Positions 18,809 through 20,986 of a stretch of 20,986 nt of DNA are shown piece by piece. Every line of letters begins with the position of its first letter. Within the stretch, counting starts at the first letter, position 1. The stretch is from Candidatus Thermofontivivens primus. GTDB lineage: Bacteria; Sysuimicrobiota; Sysuimicrobiia; Sysuimicrobiales; Thermofontiviventaceae. Position numbers and translations under genes: made by a program. The notes under the pieces were generated by a model. It did no database searches. It was given only the letters and a program-made list of their open reading frames with translations, and had not been told where the DNA came from. Where the stretch lies: assembly GCA_031458695.1 (NCBI GenBank), contig JAVKJW010000035.1, positions 1 through 20,986 on the forward strand, read 5' to 3'.

Positions 18809-20245
18809 TTGCTCTTAGAGAAAGTCCAGAGGGTAATCGAACAAAATGGCCTCCTTGAGAGGGGAGACCTCGTTGTTGTGGGCGTCTCTGGAGGGCCTGA
18901 CTCAGTGGCACTCCTCCACATTCTCTGGCGCCTCAGTGAGGGGTATGCGCTCAAAGTACATGTCGCGCACCTCAACCACCGCATGCGGGCGGAGGCAGAG
19001 CAAGACGCCAGGTTTGTGGAGGAGCTGGCAGCCCGGTTCTCCCTTCCCTGTACAGTCGAGGCGATCAACGTAAGGGAACGCAGGGAGCGGGGGGAATCTC
19101 TGGAGGAAGCTGCCAGGAGGCTTCGGTATGAGTTCCTGGAGCGACTGGCAACGCGATTGGGGGCACGGCGCGTGGCCGTAGGGCATACAGCAGATGATCA
19201 GGCAGAGACTGTGTTCATGCACCTCGTTCGTGGAAGCGGAACGACGGGATTAAGGGCAATGGCACCCTCTCGCCCACTGGGGAGCGTCACCCTCATCCGT
19301 CCCCTTCTTACCGCTTGGCGCGAGGAGGTCATCACTTACCTGCGTGAGCAGGGGCTCTCTTGGAGGGAGGACGCTTCTAACCGGGATCTTCGCTTCTTGC
19401 GGAACCGGATCCGCCATCGGATCCTCCCCTGGCTGGAGGGGGAGATCCCGGGGCTCCGCAAAGCCCTTGTGCGCGTTGCGGAGATCCTGCGGGAGGAAGA
19501 CGCGGTCCTTGAATTCCTAGCTCGCGAGTCTTATGGGGAGCTTTCCACAACTGAGAAGGAGAGGGTTCTTCTCGATGTCCGGGGATTCCGAAACCTGCAC
19601 CCGGCAATCCAACGGAGGGTCCTGCGTCTGGCCATTTCTACGGTGAAAGGAGGTCTTCGGGGGATCAAGTTTTCACACTTAGAGCGCGCTAGGGCCATTG
19701 CAACAGAAGAAGAGCCGGAGAAGGAGGTCCACCTCCCAGGGGTCTCCATCAAAAGAACTCCTGAAACATTAGAGATCAGCCATCCCCATGCCTCCCTCCC
19801 TCCCATCCATGAGATCTATTCCCTACCTGTTCCAGGTCGAGTTTTTGCCGAGGCCTTTGGTGTGGAGTTGGTCGCCGTGGTCGAGGAAAGGGATGGCAAG
19901 GAAGTGAGGGATCTGATTCAACCTGGAGATCATGAGGTCAATGAGGCGGTGATGGACGCGGACAAGGTGCCAGAGCTCCTTTTGGTCCGAGGCTGGCGTC
20001 ACGGGGACCGGTTTGTGCCCCTTGGGATGCGGGGGCATAAGAAGCTGTCAGATTTCTTCGTAGATGCAAAAATCCCCAGAGAGGAACGGTTCTGCATCCC
20101 CCTCGTCACGACCTCCAGCGGGGATGTGCTCTGGGTGGTGGGAAAACGCATCGCCGATCCCGTGAAGGTAACCGATAGGACAAAGCGCATCCTCCGGCTC
20201 CGTGCTTACCGCCGTGCATCTGCCCGCACAGGGCGTTCATTGTGA
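18809..20245 (+). CDS. tilS: tRNA(Ile)-lysidine synthetase
   Basis: PP-loop VSGGPDS, AHLNH, EEAARRLRY, GHTADDQAET, IRPLL, RNRIRH, C-terminal GDRF..KKLSDFFVDAKIP. Probable TTG start 7 nt after GAGGT; the longer ORF overlaps the tRNA. Confidence 0.96.
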   Translation: MLLEKVQRVIEQNGLLERGDLVVVGVSGGPDSVALLHILWRLSEGYALKVHVAHLNHRMRAEAEQDARFVEELAARFSLPCTVEAINVRERRERGESLEEAARRLRYEFLERLATRLGARRVAVGHTADDQAETVFMHLVRGSGTTGLRAMAPSRPLGSVTLIRPLLTAWREEVITYLREQGLSWREDASNRDLRFLRNRIRHRILPWLEGEIPGLRKALVRVAEILREEDAVLEFLARESYGELSTTEKERVLLDVRGFRNLHPAIQRRVLRLAISTVKGGLRGIKFSHLERARAIATEEEPEKEVHLPGVSIKRTPETLEISHPHASLPPIHEIYSLPVPGRVFAEAFGVELVAVVEERDGKEVRDLIQPGDHEVNEAVMDADKVPELLLVRGWRHGDRFVPLGMRGHKKLSDFFVDAKIPREERFCIPLVTTSSGDVLWVVGKRIADPVKVTDRTKRILRLRAYRRASARTGRSL

Positions 20246-20268
20246 CCGGAGGAGGGTTATGCTATAAT
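20240..20268 (+). promoter_or_regulatory. Putative sigma-70 promoter of ftsH
   Basis: TTGTGA-17 nt-TATAAT with extended -10 TG, overlapping the tilS stop. Confidence 0.75.
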
Positions 20269-20346
20269 GCCACTGGAATGGCCGAAACGATCGATGATGA
20301 AGAAATCTTCTCAACACGTTGAACTTTTTTGTTTCTTGTGCTTTGA

Positions 20347-20986
<640 letters not shown>

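Overview
GC-rich bacterial chromosome segment. The GC-rich rRNA stems suggest a thermophile, but the lineage cannot be fixed without a search. From left to right it holds: (1) the 3' end of a Firmicutes/Thermotoga-style chemotaxis-flagellar operon (cheB partial, GAF-GGDEF diguanylate cyclase, cheR, cheC, cheD, fliA/sigma-28, two hypotheticals); (2) a convergent four-gene minus-strand cluster (two GT4 glycosyltransferases, a putative glycosidase-like partner, a DUF92 membrane protein); (3) a complete 16S-23S-5S rRNA operon with no ITS tRNA and an unusually long 23S (~3.17 kb); (4) rpoZ, alanine dehydrogenase, a BsuPI-domain exported protein, elongator tRNA-Met(CAT), tilS and the start of ftsH. 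The most striking unexplained signal is a family of ~35-42-nt palindromic elements (consensus GGGGT-CCCC-stem-loop-stem-GGGG-T). It occurs as an inverted intergenic doublet, inside the cyclase coding tail, after fliA, between convergent genes, and twice as insertions inside the 23S rRNA gene. The 16S also carries a compensated G19-C916 pair that mismatches two standard primers. All family calls come from motif recognition by eye; no searches were run.
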